Below are positions 9,153 to 21,097 of a stretch of DNA of 64,000 nt, one piece after another. The notes under the pieces were generated by a model that did not search any database, had not been told where the DNA came from, and saw nothing but the letters and a program-made list of their open reading frames with translations. Source of the stretch: an uncultured Gemmatimonadaceae bacterium (GTDB lineage Bacteria; Gemmatimonadota; Gemmatimonadetes; Gemmatimonadales; Gemmatimonadaceae). Position numbers and translations under genes: made by a program. The stretch's first letter is position 1. The number at the start of each line of letters is the position of its first letter. The stretch spans positions 352,001 through 416,000 of the forward strand of contig CAWBOC010000009.1 in assembly GCA_963790305.1 (NCBI GenBank), given 5' to 3'.

Positions 9153-10079
9153 TCAAAGCATTGCTCGCATGTGCTCGACACACGCTTCGGCGAGCCGATC
9201 CGGAGCATAGCCGCCTTCGAGAGCGCTCACCACGCGTCCGCCGCACCACGTGTTCGCCCGCTCGACCAGAAGCCGCGTGAGCGCCGCGACGTGCTCGATC
9301 TCGAGAGTAAACCCGCCCAGCGGATCGTCGCGGAGAGAGTCGAATCCCGCCGAGATCAGGACGATGTCGGGCGTGAACGCTGTCGTGGCGTCGTCGATCG
9401 CCCGCGTGATCGCGTCCACGTACCGCTCGGGCGCAAGCCCGGCCGCCATCGGCACGTTCCACACGTTCCGATGAGGACCCCGATCATCGGCGGCGCCGGT
9501 TCCCGGATACCAGGGCCATTGATGCATGGACACGAAATGGATGTTCGCGTCGCTCTCCACGAGTGCCTGGGTACCGTTGCCGTGGTGAACATCCCAGTCG
9601 ACGATCAGCACGCGGCTCAGCTGGTGACGCCGCTGGGCGTACCGGGCCGCGATGGCGACGTTGCCGAACAGGCAAAAGCCCATCGCGCGGTCGGCGAGGG
9701 CATGGTGGCCAGGGGGACGCACCGCGCAGAATGCACGCTTTCCCGCGTCCGCCATCGCGAAGTCCACACCATTGAGCACGGCTCCCGCGCCCGCTCGTGC
9801 CGCGTCCCACGAGCCCTCGCTTGCGACGGTATCGGCGTCCAGGTGGCCTCCACCGGTGCGCGCCACCTCGCGGACCTGCTCGATGTAGGCGCGAGCATGC
9901 ATGAGCGCGATCTCGTCCTCCGTCGCGTGGCGCGCCTCGATGTGCTCGAGGGCGGTGAGCACGTCCGGATGGTCGCGGAGTGCCTTCGTGATTGCTCGGA
10001 TGCGACCCACGTGCTCGGGATGGCCCCAACCTGTGTCGTGGCGTCCGCAGTCCGAGTGCGAGATGAAGGCGACGCTCAT
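9153..10079 (-). CDS. Histone deacetylase family protein
   Basis: [34 protein letters not shown]. Confidence 0.95.
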   Translation of the reverse strand: MSVAFISHSDCGRHDTGWGHPEHVGRIRAITKALRDHPDVLTALEHIEARHATEDEIALMHARAYIEQVREVARTGGGHLDADTVASEGSWDAARAGAGAVLNGVDFAMADAGKRAFCAVRPPGHHALADRAMGFCLFGNVAIAARYAQRRHQLSRVLIVDWDVHHGNGTQALVESDANIHFVSMHQWPWYPGTGAADDRGPHRNVWNVPMAAGLAPERYVDAITRAIDDATTAFTPDIVLISAGFDSLRDDPLGGFTLEIEHVAALTRLLVERANTWCGGRVVSALEGGYAPDRLAEACVEHMRAML

Positions 10080-11368
10080 GGCGCGCCCCGCAGTCGCCGG
10101 GATGCCAGCTCCGCGAGCAGAAGCAGGCTGAGCAGCGTGAACAGCAACAGTGGCGACGGCAGCCCGCGCGCCCGCGCGCTCGCCTCGGCTGTGGTCGAGC
10201 TCGAGGGACCGAGCGCCTCGACGAGACGCGCGAGCGGGGCGTCGTCGTCAGCCGCATCCCGCCGGATCGGGACGGCTGCACGATAGGCAACGCTCGAGAC
10301 CAGCGCGCTCCACCAGCTCCGATGGGCGTCGAGTGCCTGCGCTCCTCCGGCGAGTCGCCAGCGCCAGGTCTCATCGTACCCAAGCTGGACGACGCGTCCG
10401 GCGTCCACGCGTCGAGCCGCCGCGGCCACCCGCCCGTCGCGCTCCTCGAGCGGAACCGCATCATCCCGGGTGGCGATGGCGAGAAAGCCGAGCGCACGGC
10501 GAGGCCTGTCGTCTGCGAACGCCATGGACGCCGCACGGATTCGTGCTCCCGCCCGGCCGACCGAAATCTCGGTCAGGGACGAGGCGTTCGCGGTTGTGCC
10601 GGAGAGAACGGCTCCACCACCAGACCGCACATAACGAGCGACTGCGGCCGCGGTGCTGGCCGACGGGACATCGAGCACCACGACTGCCGCATGCCGCGCC
10701 GTGTCCGGGGAACGCGCCACGCCCTGCGTAACCTCGATGCCCGGGGCGACGGAGAGGCGCGCGTCCACCGGCCACCCCGCTTCCTCGAGCGCCGCAATGA
10801 CGAATTTTGCCTCCCAGGTCGCGCGGCCCAGCACCAGGACGCGCCGGGCCATTACGCTGTCGTGCGAGCTCGCAGTCGCGAGGTGCTCGCCAACCCCTGC
10901 GGTGAGCGCCCCCGTGGTGATGGGTGCTATTACCCTTGCTCCGCCGGCGGCGGCGACCACGGTGTCGATGGGAGCCAGGGCGTCTCCGACGGCGATTCGC
11001 GAGCCCGGTGGCGCGGCAATCCAGAGCACCGTTCCGCCCCGCGGATTGGCGACGGAGGCAGCCTCGAGCGCCACGGGAGGAATGTCATCCCCTCTCCACG
11101 TCAGTGGCGTCCCAGCACGCCGGATCGCGCGAAGCCAATCGCGCGCCACGGGTGAGGGCGCACCATCGAGCGTGAGGTGAGCGCGTGGAGGCCCGGTGGC
11201 CGTCCAGCGAGCGAGCGCTTCTGTCAGATGCGCAGTGTCGGAGGTCTCCGATGCGCGCTCGGCCGGTGGACGCATGGCGATCCACAGCGCCACGGCCAGC
11301 GAGAGCAGCGAGAGCGCGCGGAGCCCGCGCTCGATCGCTATGCGGGCTTGCTTACCGCGTGAGGGCAT
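10076..11368 (-). CDS. Membrane-anchored hypothetical protein of the MoxR/BatA cluster
   Basis: N- and C-terminal hydrophobic helices, WEAKFV and ETWRWR motifs, overlaps with its neighbours. Confidence 0.65.
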   Translation of the reverse strand: MPSRGKQARIAIERGLRALSLLSLAVALWIAMRPPAERASETSDTAHLTEALARWTATGPPRAHLTLDGAPSPVARDWLRAIRRAGTPLTWRGDDIPPVALEAASVANPRGGTVLWIAAPPGSRIAVGDALAPIDTVVAAAGGARVIAPITTGALTAGVGEHLATASSHDSVMARRVLVLGRATWEAKFVIAALEEAGWPVDARLSVAPGIEVTQGVARSPDTARHAAVVVLDVPSASTAAAVARYVRSGGGAVLSGTTANASSLTEISVGRAGARIRAASMAFADDRPRRALGFLAIATRDDAVPLEERDGRVAAAARRVDAGRVVQLGYDETWRWRLAGGAQALDAHRSWWSALVSSVAYRAAVPIRRDAADDDAPLARLVEALGPSSSTTAEASARARGLPSPLLLFTLLSLLLLAELASRRLRGAP

Positions 11369-11963
11369 ACACCACCACGTTCACGGCGAACTTCGTGTTG
11401 TCCACCGCGAGAAAGCGCTTGTTGTCAGGATGGTATCCCCACTCCGAGGAATAGTCCTTGTTGCTGTAGAGGACGGCGAGGCGCCCATCGCGGATGACTC
11501 CCTGAAGGTGCTTGTGCACCAGGTTGTCTCCCCACCCGTTGAGCTCGTGGGCAGTGGTCGGTGGGCCGTCCGCGAAGTGAAAGAACGCACGATAGAGTGG
11601 ATGATCGTTGGGAAGCTCCACGAGCGGCGCCACGGAGCGCGCGATCTCCTCGGTCGCCGTCTTGTGAAACGCGCCGTCGATATCGTGGTTGTGATCGTCG
11701 ATGAAGAGGAATCCGCCACGTCGAATGAACTCGGAGACGTTGGCGCGCTCCGCGGCGGTAAACCGCACCGGCAGGTGGCCGGTCAGATACATCATCGGGT
11801 GCCGGAAGATATCGCGCGACGACAGGGCGACGATGGCACCGGTAGGCGCGACATCGATCGACGTGTAGCGTGCGATCGAGTCGATGACATTGGCCGGCAC
11901 CAGCGGGGCGCTGTCCCAGTCACCCGACTCGTACTGCGCCGTGGCGAAGACGAACTCGCTCAC
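11352..11963 (-). CDS. DUF4159 domain protein
   Basis: [40 protein letters not shown] start overlaps the upstream TGA. Confidence 0.8.
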   Translation of the reverse strand: MSEFVFATAQYESGDWDSAPLVPANVIDSIARYTSIDVAPTGAIVALSSRDIFRHPMMYLTGHLPVRFTAAERANVSEFIRRGGFLFIDDHNHDIDGAFHKTATEEIARSVAPLVELPNDHPLYRAFFHFADGPPTTAHELNGWGDNLVHKHLQGVIRDGRLAVLYSNKDYSSEWGYHPDNKRFLAVDNTKFAVNVVVYALTR

Positions 11964-14021
11964 CAGGGGCCTCCCCACGACCGCATCGTGGTGTCGCTCC
12001 GCGGCGCCCCGGCGAGAACGGTACGCGCATTCGCGAGCGGCCGAGCAAGGTCGGTTCCCGCGCGCAGGGCCGCAATGACCTCGCCTAACGCCGCGGCACC
12101 GCCAGGCGATGCGACCAGCACATCAATGCGCAGGAGCATGAGGGAGTCGATCGCAGCCTGCCGGTCTTGAGCGATGAGCACAGCCGATTGCGCGAGCCGC
12201 TGAGCGGGGGGCATCCCTTCCTGCCGGGCAAGCGGTGCACGCGTCGCCGGAGGAAGCGAGTCCCGTTTGCCGGCCAGTCGGGCACGATTGACGTCCACCA
12301 CCACTGCCGCCGGTCGCCCCCGCAGATACACCCGCTCGGCCTGGCGAGCCCGCTCGATCGCGGCGAGCGCGGCGTACATGTGCGGCAGCGCGCGGCGCGG
12401 CGCTCCCACATTGAGCTCCGATCCGGCGGACCACATTGCGTTGTACGCCTCGAGCAACGGCCGATTGATCGCCACGACCGGGCTTTCCCCCTCGGCGAAG
12501 TCCAGGACCTCCCCCGCCCCGTGCTCGGTTGCCTCCTCGGCGGCGCGCAAGAGCTCCTCCGCGGTCATTTGCCCTCGGCGCTCCTCCTCTTCGTGCGAAT
12601 GCTCCGCCCCTTCCTCCCCCGTTAGGCGACTGAAGATGATCTCCCCGACCCGGCGGCGAAGCCGTGCCTGGTCGTCCCCAATCGCGCGTGATTCACGAAC
12701 GAGCGTGTCTCGCGGCAACCGCGGCTCGCGTTGGACCAACGCCTCGGTGAGGAGAATGAGCATTCGCTGGCTGATCGCCGCCGTGTCCCCTTCGGGTGGC
12801 GGGGCGCCTTCGACGGCGACCGAGTCGTACTCGCCGAGACGCGCGATGCGTATGACGCGCGTTTCCGATGCGCCGGTGCCGGCGTCACGCGCAGGGTTGC
12901 GATCGCGCGCGACCAACCGCATGTGAACGACATCGCCGGGCACGAGGCGAAGCGAGTCGATGACGACCGCCGTCTCGATCGTGGTCTGTCGGGCACCGTC
13001 GTGCGCGCGTCGCGCGAGTACGCCCGAGCGGAAGCGAAAGCTCTCGCCCTGTCCGCTGCTGACGATGTACTCGAGCCAGCTGGAGGCCAGCCCGAGCCCG
13101 TCACGCGCCTCGCCGCGGACGGCGATGCGGCCCGTTGGCGTGCGTAGAATGGTGTCGCGCGCGGGCGTCACCATCGCGACGACCGGCGCGGAGTCGGGCC
13201 GCGCGTCGAGAACGATCAGGCGATCGAACTCGCGGTCGCGCAATCGGAGCGCGCTCGATGTCGCCGGCATGGTGAGAACGAGCTGCCACCTCGCCCCACG
13301 CGCGGTCGCGGAGAGCTCGGCGTTCCCGAGCGCGGCAACAATGCCGTCGCCGTCGCCCCGACCCTCCAGCTCAATGCGACTCCCGACAAGCGCTTCAATG
13401 GTGTGCGGCTCGTCGACGCTCGTCGTTCCGAGACTCGTATACGCGGGAGGGGATGACGCGCGCGGCAAGGGGCGTCAGACGATTCGCCTGGCGCGCGAGC
13501 CCGATCGCCGGGCGATCGACGGCGTCTCCCGCCCGCGGATCTCGAACACGCGCAATGACCCCGCGCGGCAGCGCGAGAAGCATCCCCGCTGCCAGGGCAA
13601 ATGCGACCAGCGGCGGAATCGCGGCCCGTGACACCGCCCGCGGCAAGATCGCCGACTCCCACCGGTGACGGTCGATCTCGCGCTCGAGGAGCGGGGAGGC
13701 GCGCGCCGCCTCCGCCTCCAGCGACGTGACCAGGGCGTACTGAAGCGACGGCACTCGCTCCTCGATCCAGAGCGCGGTGGCCGCGAGTGAACGGACTCGT
13801 CGCGCTCGCCAGAGAAGCGCGAGCCCGATGACTGCTGCCGTTGTCACGGCGATTGGAATCGCCAGCTGTCGAAGCTCACGGGGCAGTCCTATGACCAGAT
13901 CGAGCAACGCGACGACGCCGATGACCGCCACGCCGGCAGCCGCTGCCCATAGGACGGCGCGGACGAGGACCGCCGCCATGAGGACGAAGCGGGTACGGCG
14001 CACACGCTGATGCGGCGTCAC
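11960..14021 (-). CDS. Large membrane protein (DUF4175-like), split by a frameshift near 13450
   Basis: The N-part (TM helices, WIEERVPSLQYALVT) in ORF 13395..14216 joins the C-part (PPAYT..., DSAPVV, SQRMLI) in ORF 11960..13468 if one base is removed from the G-run at about 13449-13452. Confidence 0.7.
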
Positions 14022-15271
14022 GTTGCTACCGCGCGCCGCCGCACGCCGAGCTCGAGGATGAGTAGCAACGCCCCCGCAGCGAGGAGCCACGGTGTCGCCT
14101 GGCTGCGCGCCAGTCCAGGCCGCGCAACTGCGGATGTAGCGAGCAAGGCTCCAGCACCACGCAGCGAATTCAGTTGCATCGCGTCGAGCTCGGTGCGTGC
14201 CTCCCCTTTTTCGCACGCCGTCGCGACGAACGCCAGCAACCTGCGCGCGCTTTCGCGCAAGGGGGCGTCACCCGCTGAGGGAAAATCGAACGCGACGTCG
14301 CGGATGCATCCCTGGCGATGCTCGCGCTCGATGATGGCAGGTGCCCCGTCGGCGAAACGCGCGACGACCCGACCGGCGCTGGCATCGACCGCGCGCCTGA
14401 CGAGAGCCGCCGCCAGGACGACCTCGTGCGCGACGACGCCCTCCGCGGTCAGCGAATCCGAGTCGGTCGCTCGCGGCCAGTGGACCAGCACGCGCCCGGC
14501 GCCGCTGCCCCACGCAGAATCCGCAGCGGACGCTCCGCTTCGAACGATTCGAGTGAGAGCTGTACTCCCACTCAGGAAGGGGGCGGCAGCGGCGCTCACC
14601 GGATCCGACCGGGGGGCCCGCACGTCGATCGTGCGTGCCGCGGAGTCACCACGGGCCAACGGAAGGATGACCAGGCGCGCGCGTCCACCCCACCGCGCGC
14701 GCAGCACGAGGGTCGCTTCGTCCCACGCGTTGCCCGCGAATGGTGAGACAATGATGAGCTCAATGGAATCCGCACGATCTTGCAGCGCCGCTGCGGCCCG
14801 TTCCGCGGCGATCAACGCCGGGCTGAGCGACGCTGGCGCGCCCAATGCTGCAAGTGCCGCAGCCGTGTCGCGCACGTTGGTCGTGATCACGCGAACCAAC
14901 GTATCGAACGCGACGAGGATGTCGCCGTCGCGCACAACGGCGAGCACCGAGTCGCGCATCGCACGCTCATCGGCGACCGCGCGGGACCGGTCTACCAGCA
15001 CGATTCGGCTCGTGATTGCTCGATCAGGCTCGCGCACGGGACCCGCGAACGCCGCCGCGACGGCGACGATCGCCATCACACGCAGCGCGAGCAGCAGCCA
15101 GTCGGTCGGCCTCGGCGCTGGCGATGGCCAGCGCGCTGGGCGATCGGGAACGAACCGTGCCGTCGGCAGCACCGCGGGGCGCGGCCGTCGCCGCGCGAGG
15201 AAGTGAAGCAGCACGATGGCACCGGCGACCGCGGCGCCGGCGGCGAGGAAAATCGGGGCGAGGAATGTCAC
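14018..15271 (-). CDS. BatA domain / vWA-like membrane protein
   Basis: MTFLAPIFL...LLHFL...PTARF...LLLALR (BatA N-terminus) and LVDRSR. Confidence 0.8.
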   Translation of the reverse strand: MTFLAPIFLAAGAAVAGAIVLLHFLARRRPRPAVLPTARFVPDRPARWPSPAPRPTDWLLLALRVMAIVAVAAAFAGPVREPDRAITSRIVLVDRSRAVADERAMRDSVLAVVRDGDILVAFDTLVRVITTNVRDTAAALAALGAPASLSPALIAAERAAAALQDRADSIELIIVSPFAGNAWDEATLVLRARWGGRARLVILPLARGDSAARTIDVRAPRSDPVSAAAAPFLSGSTALTRIVRSGASAADSAWGSGAGRVLVHWPRATDSDSLTAEGVVAHEVVLAAALVRRAVDASAGRVVARFADGAPAIIEREHRQGCIRDVAFDFPSAGDAPLRESARRLLAFVATACEKGEARTELDAMQLNSLRGAGALLATSAVARPGLARSQATPWLLAAGALLLILELGVRRRAVAT

Positions 15272-16149
15272 GCCTCGCTCTCCCCTTCCCGCTCTCCGCG
15301 GGCAATGCGACGAACGACTCGATCGACGGGTTCATCCGTCACCGTCATTTCGTACTGCGCACCCGCCGCGCGCCACTCGCGCGCAAGCCACTCTCGCCAG
15401 TCCGCGAACTCGCGCATGTATGCACCGGCGGTCTCTGGCGTCAATGCGCGTTTGATCTCGACCGCCTCGGGATCGGTCGCGAGAATGGCGTCCGTCGATG
15501 GGGACAGCTCCTCCCGTGCCACGATGTGAATCGCGACCACCTCGCCGCCCTCACCGAGAAGCGCACGGGCAGGTCGGAGCAATGACGAGAGGTCACCAAG
15601 GAAGTCCGAGATCACCACCAGCCGACGCGCCGAGTGCGCTTCGTGCATGGCGGCTCCAAGATCGACGTGTCCCTGAGGGGTCGCCGCATCGAGCACGCGC
15701 GCGCAGTCAGTCACCACACCCCGCCGCGTGCGAGGCGCCGTCCTGATCGTTCCGTGCGCCGTCACCACCGCGACCGCCACCGGGTCACCGCTGGCGTGCG
15801 CGATGCTCGTGAGCCCGATCGCCAGCCGTCGCGCGTGGCTCCACTTGCCTAACGACCGCTCCGGGAACGCCATCGACGCGGATGCGTCGACGAGGAGCAG
15901 CGTCGAAAGCGTCGCCCGATCGCTGGTGATGCGGAGGTAGGCGCGGTTCGTCCGGGCGAGCAAGCGCCAGTCGAGCCGGCGCGGATCGTCGCCCTGCCGA
16001 TACGGGCGATACTCCGTGAACTCGGGCGAGACGCCGCGCAGCCGCGACCGATGCGTCCCACTGGTGCTGCTCCGCGCGACACGCCGTGCGGGCCATGTCA
16101 CCCCACGCAGGGCATCGAGCAGCTCACCGTAGCCCGCCGCCCCGCTCAT
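15268..16149 (-). CDS. DUF58 domain protein
   Basis: GTHRS...EFTEYRPYRQGDDPRRLDW, VDASASM, VISDF. Confidence 0.9.
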   Translation of the reverse strand: MSGAAGYGELLDALRGVTWPARRVARSSTSGTHRSRLRGVSPEFTEYRPYRQGDDPRRLDWRLLARTNRAYLRITSDRATLSTLLLVDASASMAFPERSLGKWSHARRLAIGLTSIAHASGDPVAVAVVTAHGTIRTAPRTRRGVVTDCARVLDAATPQGHVDLGAAMHEAHSARRLVVISDFLGDLSSLLRPARALLGEGGEVVAIHIVAREELSPSTDAILATDPEAVEIKRALTPETAGAYMREFADWREWLAREWRAAGAQYEMTVTDEPVDRVVRRIARGEREGESEA

Positions 16150-16150
16150 G

Positions 16151-17185
16151 TCAGAGCGGAACCTGGCTCCGCGGCGGCGAGACGCGGGCGAGCACCTCAT
16201 CGATCACCCGCTCGGCGGTGATCCCTTCCGCCTCGCCCGCGAACGACGGCAGCACGCGGTGGCGTAATACCGGACGAGCGACGCGGCGAATGTCGTCAGG
16301 CGAAACCGCCGCGCGGCCGGCGAGGAGCGCGTGCGCTTTCGCACCGAGGATGAGAGCCTGTCCCGCCCGCGGGCCGGCGCCCCAGCGCACCGCGCGCTTC
16401 ACCAGGTCGGGAGCCGTCGGATCGTCCGGTCGCGTCGCGCGCGCAAGCGCGGCGGCGTATCGCAGCGCCGGGTCCGAAGCGGGGACCTCGCGCACCAAAC
16501 GCTGCACCGCGATCGTTCCCTCGCCGTCGAGCACGGCCGACAGCGGCGGTGGCGCGCTCCCGGTGGTGGCGCGAAGAATGGACACCTCGTCTTCTTCCGC
16601 TGGATATCCGATGCGGATGTCGAAGAGAAAGCGATCGAGCTGCGCCTCGGGAAGTGGGTACGTGCCTTCCTGCTCGATCGGGTTCTGCGTCGCGAGCACG
16701 AAGAACGGCTCCGGCAGCCGCATCGTCTCCCCCGCCGCCGTGACGCTGTGCTCCTGCATCGCCTCCAGCAGCGCGGCCTGCGTGCGCGGCGGGGTGCGAT
16801 TGATCTCGTCGGCAAGCACGATGTTGGCGAAGATCGGTCCGTGGACGAAGCGAAACGAGCGAGCGCCCGTCGCGCTGTCCTCTTCCATGATCTCCGTCCC
16901 GGTGATGTCGCTCGGAACCAGGTCCGGCGTGAACTGAATGCGATGAAAATCGAGTCGCATTGCTTCGGCGATCGACCGGATCATGAGCGTCTTCGCGAGG
17001 CCCGGAACGCCCACGAGCAGCGCGTGCCCACCGGCCATGATCGCCATGAGGATCTCGTCCAGCACCGCGTGCTGGCCGACGATACGCCGAGCGACTTCCT
17101 CGCGGAGGCGCGCGACCGAAGCGACGACCGCCTCACGATCAGCGGCGTCCGCGGGCCGATCCCGACGCTGCACGACGGTGCTCAC
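16151..17185 (-). CDS. moxR: MoxR-family AAA+ ATPase
   Basis: GVPGLAKT, RIQFTPDLVPSDITG, DEINRTPPRTQAALLEAM, ATQNPIEQEGTYPLPEAQLDRF. Confidence 0.95.
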   Translation of the reverse strand: MSTVVQRRDRPADAADREAVVASVARLREEVARRIVGQHAVLDEILMAIMAGGHALLVGVPGLAKTLMIRSIAEAMRLDFHRIQFTPDLVPSDITGTEIMEEDSATGARSFRFVHGPIFANIVLADEINRTPPRTQAALLEAMQEHSVTAAGETMRLPEPFFVLATQNPIEQEGTYPLPEAQLDRFLFDIRIGYPAEEDEVSILRATTGSAPPPLSAVLDGEGTIAVQRLVREVPASDPALRYAAALARATRPDDPTAPDLVKRAVRWGAGPRAGQALILGAKAHALLAGRAAVSPDDIRRVARPVLRHRVLPSFAGEAEGITAERVIDEVLARVSPPRSQVPL

Positions 17186-17505
17186 CGCACGGGGCGTCGG
17201 CGCCGGTGGGTCAGGAGGAAGATCGAGCCATCGATCGCTCCCGCGTGCTCGACCGAGGCACGCTCATCAAGAACCTCGAATCCCCGGAGCTTGATGACGT
17301 ATGCATCCGGATTCGCGCGCGCGTTGAGCGCGTGCAGGGCGGCCTTCTTCACCTCGTCGACAGTGGCGTCAGGCGCGGCTACGACGCGAACGACATCCCA
17401 CAACTCCGGAATCTCGACGCGAAGCGTGAGAGCCCTGCCGTCCTTCCGTCCGACGTGTACGGCGTCACGACGCGTGCGCAGCCCGGTGACAAACGGCGCC
17501 GTCAC
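17182..17505 (-). CDS. Ubiquitin-like (beta-grasp; YukD/EsaB-like) domain protein
   Basis: Pattern LTLRVE...VVAAPDATVDEVKKAAL...PDAYVIKLRGFEVLDERASVEHAGAIDGSIFLL. Four-base GTGA overlaps with both neighbours. Confidence 0.65.
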   Translation of the reverse strand: MTAPFVTGLRTRRDAVHVGRKDGRALTLRVEIPELWDVVRVVAAPDATVDEVKKAALHALNARANPDAYVIKLRGFEVLDERASVEHAGAIDGSIFLLTHRRRRPVR

Positions 17506-17783
17506 GCGACTGCCGCCTTGGGTGCCGGCAGTGGAGGCAACATTGCGAAAAACCGCTGCGCCTGCATGTCGAACAGGTACGTCGACGCGCGCACCGCGGT
17601 GCCCCCTTCGACGGGCGCCACCCCGATCACGAGCTCCTCGCCTCCCTGTCCGCGAAAGGTGGCGAACGTGTCGCCCTCTTTCTCGAGAAAGGCCGCGTAG
17701 ATCGGATTGCGGCGGGCGAAGAAGGACTTGGCCTTCGCCAGGACATCCGCGGGAGAGAGGCCAGTCTGGTATTCGAGGACCAT
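17502..17783 (-). CDS. Small hypothetical protein
   Basis: 93-aa ORF MVLEYQTGLSPADVLAKAK... with protein-like composition, coupled to the downstream gene. Confidence 0.7.
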   Translation of the reverse strand: MVLEYQTGLSPADVLAKAKSFFARRNPIYAAFLEKEGDTFATFRGQGGEELVIGVAPVEGGTAVRASTYLFDMQAQRFFAMLPPLPAPKAAVA

Positions 17784-17818
17784 CGCTCTGTTGTTGAGAT
17801 GAAAATGGAGCCCCGAGC

Positions 17819-19165
<1,347 letters not shown>

Positions 19166-19242
19166 GCCCGAAATCTACCGGCGGCGCCGCACTGGCGGCT
19201 AGGGCAGCGTTCTCGAGTGGGCCACCTGCGGGTCCAAGACGG

Positions 19243-19629
19243 TCAGGAGTCGCGAGCGTGCGCTGCGATGCGCTCCATCATTGCCGGCAGCTGCCCGACG
19301 AAGGCCGAGCGCGCCATCACCTGCACGCCGTCAGCGCGGGCGGCGTGGATGACCTCCACGTTCGTATGGCCGGCGAAGCCGATCACAGGCACCTTCGCCG
19401 CCGCGGGATTCGCGCGTAACCGCGACAGCATCGCCGGCGTGTCGAGTCCCTCCATCTCGAGATCCATCAGCACGACGGCGGGCGTGGCGTTCCCGAGGTG
19501 GCGATCCAGCTGCTCGGGACTCTTCGCCACGCGAAGCGGGACGCCCGCGCGACGGGCGGCCTCGTCGATCTTGGAGCGGAAGATCAGATCCGAAATGACG
19601 ACGAGAACTGGTTGTGGCTGTTCTGTCAT
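19243..19629 (-). CDS. Single-domain, atypical response-regulator receiver
   Basis: VLVVISD...VVLMDLEM...VPVIGFAGH receiver pattern. The conserved Thr/Ser and Lys are replaced. Confidence 0.75.
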   Translation of the reverse strand: MTEQPQPVLVVISDLIFRSKIDEAARRAGVPLRVAKSPEQLDRHLGNATPAVVLMDLEMEGLDTPAMLSRLRANPAAAKVPVIGFAGHTNVEVIHAARADGVQVMARSAFVGQLPAMMERIAAHARDS

Positions 19630-19636
19630 CTTTGCG

Positions 19637-21097
19637 TCACCCCGCGACGTTGATCGTTGCCAGGTAGATGACTTTCGTCCCGAAGAGCAGGCTCTCCACC
19701 GGCACCCGCTCGTCATTGCCGTGCATCCGCTCCTCGTCGTCCTGCGCGAGCGGGAACGGGAGCACGCCGTACGTCTGTACACCCCACGCCCGCAATCGCG
19801 CGCTGTCGGTCGCACCCGTGCTCATGTAGGGGACCACCGCAACGCTGGAATCAACGGACCGTACGGCCTCGGCGATCGCACTGAACATCGCCGACCGGAA
19901 TGAGGACGCCGGCGCATCGATCGTGTCCCGGCTCACCTCGAAGGTGACCTGCTTGTCGCCAACGACGCGCCGAAGGCGTACGACCACGGAATCAATCGAC
20001 TGACCGGGGAGCGTGCGGATGTTGAGATTCGCCGTCGCTTCAGTGGGAATTACGTTGGTGCGAATGCCCCCGTCGATGAGGGTCGCCGAGATCCCGTTGC
20101 GCAGCACGGCGTTGTAGATCGGGATCGCCGAGAGTACGCGGGCGCCACGCGCGATCCGCCGCTCGTCGCGGGACGCGACATCGGCCATCGCCCGACGCTC
20201 GGCGGCATTGGGCCACACCGCGCTCAGCTCGGAGAAGAACACGCGGGTCGTGGGGTTGATGCGCACCGGCTCCTCGTACGCCGCGATCTTCGCCATGGCC
20301 CTCGCCAAACGGCTGATCGCGTTGCCGGGCAATGGAACCGATGCGTGTCCGCCTGGTCCCTTCGCGATCACGCGAACGTTGTGCGCGACTTTCTCGGTGT
20401 TCTGGACGGCTACATACAGCGGCCGCCCATTCACCACGCGCGTGCGCCCACCCTCGTTGAGCGCGAACTCGGCACGAATGAGATCGGGCTTGTTGGCGAT
20501 CAGCCAACCCATCCCCCACTCCCCACCCGCTTCCTCATCGGAGTTGGCGACGAGAACGACATCGCGCTGCAGCGAGCCACCGGCATCGATCACGTTGCGC
20601 TTCAGCAGCAGCATCGTGACCAGGTTCGCGGCCAGCATTCCCTTGTCGTCGATTGCGCCCCGGCCGTACACGTAGCCATCCTTTTCCACGCCCGCGAACG
20701 GGTCGACCGTCCACTGGTCCGCCTCGACGCCCACGACATCCATATGCGCCATCAACAGCACCGGCGGCTTCGAGCCATTCCCCTTGAGTCGCGCCACGAA
20801 CGCGGCGCGGCCCGGCGACGGTTCGAACAGGTGCGTCTCGATTCCGGCCGAGCGCAGTGTGCTGTCGAGGTATCGGGCGACAGTGATCTCGTTGCCAGGC
20901 GGGTTGACGGTGTTCAGCTGAATCAAACGCCGCAGGTGCCGCACCGTCTCGTCGCGCACCGCGCTCCACTCTGGCTGGCGCGCCACGGCAGCCCGCGCGT
21001 CAGGGTTTTGCGCGCGTGCCATGGCGAACGGAGTGGCGAGCGCGATCAAGGCGCCCGTCAGAAGTGTCCGGGGGAACTGTCGGCGCATAATGGTCAC
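19637..21097 (-). CDS. M20/M25/M40 metallopeptidase with signal peptide
   Basis: HMDVV, GRGAIDDKG, DEEAGG, NEGG, GATD, HGNDER. Exact start uncertain. Confidence 0.9.
   Translation of the reverse strand: MTIMRRQFPRTLLTGALIALATPFAMARAQNPDARAAVARQPEWSAVRDETVRHLRRLIQLNTVNPPGNEITVARYLDSTLRSAGIETHLFEPSPGRAAFVARLKGNGSKPPVLLMAHMDVVGVEADQWTVDPFAGVEKDGYVYGRGAIDDKGMLAANLVTMLLLKRNVIDAGGSLQRDVVLVANSDEEAGGEWGMGWLIANKPDLIRAEFALNEGGRTRVVNGRPLYVAVQNTEKVAHNVRVIAKGPGGHASVPLPGNAISRLARAMAKIAAYEEPVRINPTTRVFFSELSAVWPNAAERRAMADVASRDERRIARGARVLSAIPIYNAVLRNGISATLIDGGIRTNVIPTEATANLNIRTLPGQSIDSVVVRLRRVVGDKQVTFEVSRDTIDAPASSFRSAMFSAIAEAVRSVDSSVAVVPYMSTGATDSARLRAWGVQTYGVLPFPLAQDDEERMHGNDERVPVESLLFGTKVIYLATINVAG

Noticed and set aside
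16151..17185. MoxR ATPase as GvpN
   Set aside because: It has classical MoxR-proper motifs and DUF58/BatA partners, and lies over 11 kb from the gvp genes.
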